NCBI GenBank assembly: GCA_035084275.1
Contig: CM068764.1
Coordinates: 7,750,001 to 7,814,000 of the forward strand
Source: Hydrolagus colliei
Lineage: Eukaryota
Length of the DNA stretch: 64,000 bases
Direction: 5' to 3'
Numbering within the stretch: the first letter of the stretch is position 1; each line of letters begins with the position of its first letter. A program made the translations under genes and the position numbers. Shown one piece after another: positions 62,043 through 64,000 of the stretch. Below the pieces are notes generated by a model. That model was not told the origin of the DNA and searched no databases. It was given only the letters and a program-made list of their open reading frames with translations.

Positions 62043-63169
62043 CCAGAGGAATTTGTATAAAAAGCACAGCTCTATCTAATCAGGACTAGAACTGGGGAGG
62101 GTTGGGAGGCGGCGAGGGATGGGATTTAAAAAAGAATTGGGGTTTAATAATAAGACAATTCTTGTATTTCCTGTGAACTCTCTCACACTGGGGAGGATGT
62201 CTCAGAGAGCTTTACAGGATTTATAACAACTTAGCATTTATATAGCGTGCTTCACACGATGTAGTATCTCGGAGGACTCCTTTAAAGTGGGGTGACTGTG
62301 TATTGCGAGAGCGAAGACAGCAGCCAATCCCGCAAACAGCCTTGAAGTGAGTGACCAATTTGATTTGGGGGTTTATTGGCCTGGACACCGAGTTAGGGAA
62401 ATTCCTTTCTATTTGTGAATAGCGCTGTAGTGATCTTTAATGTCCGCCTGAATAGGGCACAGACCCTAGTTTAATGTGTGATGCGAAGGACCGCGCCTCT
62501 GCCTCCGACAGAGCTTCGCACCCAGCACTGAAAACATTTAAAATTATAATAATAATAATCCTTGCATTTGACAGAGCGCTTTTCACGTCTTCTGCTAGAC
62601 GTCTCAAAGCGCTTCACAGAATATACTGTAAAGTGAATTGACTGTATATGTTCGTGAAACGCGGCAGCCAATTGCACACAGCTGCATCCCCACAAACAGT
62701 GACGGATTGAAATGACCAATTTTTATTATGTTTGTTTTTGAACGGATGATAATTTTATAAATTGCGTTATATTCGCGAAAAGATATGCGCTGGCTGACAT
62801 CAGCACACACTCCATTGAAAATGCTGGAGCCATCAGATTAGGGACATATTTGAGTATCTCATCAGTCTGATTCAACTCTGGTGATTAAGTGATTTCTCCA
62901 AATCAATAATGCCTGTTGCACATTATTTGATGTCAAACTCTCTTTCAAGGTCTCTTGTAAACCAATTTTACTAAGTGTTCATGTGCAACATGACCTGTAT
63001 TTTGCAGACTCCGAAATCCATTAGGCTTTTAATGGATTTGAGGTGGGGGGGAAAGGAGAAAAGGAAGCTGAGCGACAGATTGTTTGATGTGAAACTCGAG
63101 GCTTCGAAAAATGGATCCGGCTTTTCCTTAATTGCAAAACTAACAATAAATGCAATAATCCAACAGTTG

Positions 63170-63560
63170 AACAACAACAACTTGCATTTATATTGCGTCC
63201 CTCACCCAAGTAGCGTCTCAGAGCGCTTGACAGTGTCAGAGCACGACACCAAGCTGGGGGGTGGGGGGGGGGAGGCCAACAGAAGTACAGTCAAACAGGA
63301 ATTGGCTTTAGCCAGGTCCTGATGATGGTGGAAGGAAGTGGGTTGGGGGAGGGGCAAGGTGGAGGGATTGAGGGAGAGCGTTCCAAAGTTTCGGGGAGTA
63401 GTGACTGAAGGTGCGGCTAGTGTTGTTAAACAGAGCGAAAAGCAGGAGCCAGTCCATGGGTTATGGAGTAGGTAATAAGCAGATCGAAGAGGTAGGGAGA
63501 TCCCAAGGAATGAAAGGGTTTGAAGACGAATGAGAGAACTCCTGTCCTGAATTGACCGAT
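63170..63560 (-). mobile_element. Degenerate L2 3' fragment
   Basis: FKPFHSLGSPYLFDLL motif and (TTG)n tail. Confidence 0.7.
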
Positions 63561-64000
63561 ATAAATTTCATAAGCCTTCTCAGTCATATCTGTTCTTTTC
63601 ACTTGCCAACTCACCAGGTCGGGACTATTGGGACGGGGGAAGGGGGTGGCTTCACGTAACTTTGCATTCAATTAGAATTGGAGCACCACATATTTACTCA
63701 AGATGAAAACTGCCGGGGTAATGAGTAATATTAACCCAACATATTGGTAGCAGTGAAATTTGGATTGTGGGTTGAATGCCTCTTGTGCTATCAGCTATTA
63801 GTGATGTTCTTTGTGAAGTATCGCTGGAAGATCCATCAATATCCACAGTTACGCTCCAAGACATCAGCAGTAATTGCGCAAGACATCAGGCTTTACAGAG
63901 TGTGAGATTCCCCCAGACTCCAGTGCCTGTACCGGGAGCGCAGAAACGAAGCGTTTAGCAAACGGCAATTTTCTCTGCGACAGTTTTCGGGTTAGAATCA

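Noticed and set aside
1-64000. CRISPR arrays, operons or other prokaryotic systems
   Set aside because: Sequence is intron-rich vertebrate DNA; recurring repeats are SINE/LINE copies and microsatellites, not repeat-spacer arrays

Overview
Vertebrate genomic DNA, most likely a cartilaginous fish (probably holocephalan, inferred from the abundant tRNA-headed Deu-type SINE, L2/CR1 LINE remnants and a Penelope-type palindrome). Four spliced genes are supported by exon-by-exon reading. (1) AP2B1 on the - strand: putative non-coding exon 1 at ~16.2-16.3 kb and coding exons 2-12 from 13080 to 491, continuing off the left edge. (2) PEX12 on the + strand, head-to-head with AP2B1, complete in 3 exons, 357 aa. 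(3) The 5' half of an SSC4D-like SRCR gene on the + strand (34424-37526), cut off by a 200-N gap. (4) The central part of SRRM3 on the - strand, from the second cwf21 exon at 55669-55770 down to 40518; its first coding exon lies beyond the right edge and its eMIC-coding 3' end is not visible. The most notable observation is inside the SRRM3 intron after the cwf21 exon: an apparent alternative first exon (ATG 51964, phase-2 donor after 51852) whose peptide resembles the SRRM4 N-terminus, with a near-consensus REST/RE1 site ~1.2 kb upstream. This suggests a REST-gated, cwf21-less, SRRM4-like isoform made from the SRRM3 locus. Other items: a frame-disrupted SRRM3 linker exon, a unique ~52-bp long-range inverted repeat, a hammerhead-like Penelope palindrome in an AP2B1 intron, a MITE with a target-site duplication in the bidirectional promoter, and a G-rich minisatellite that repeats the PEX12 splice donor. 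Comparisons to human proteins are from memory and were not run as alignments.
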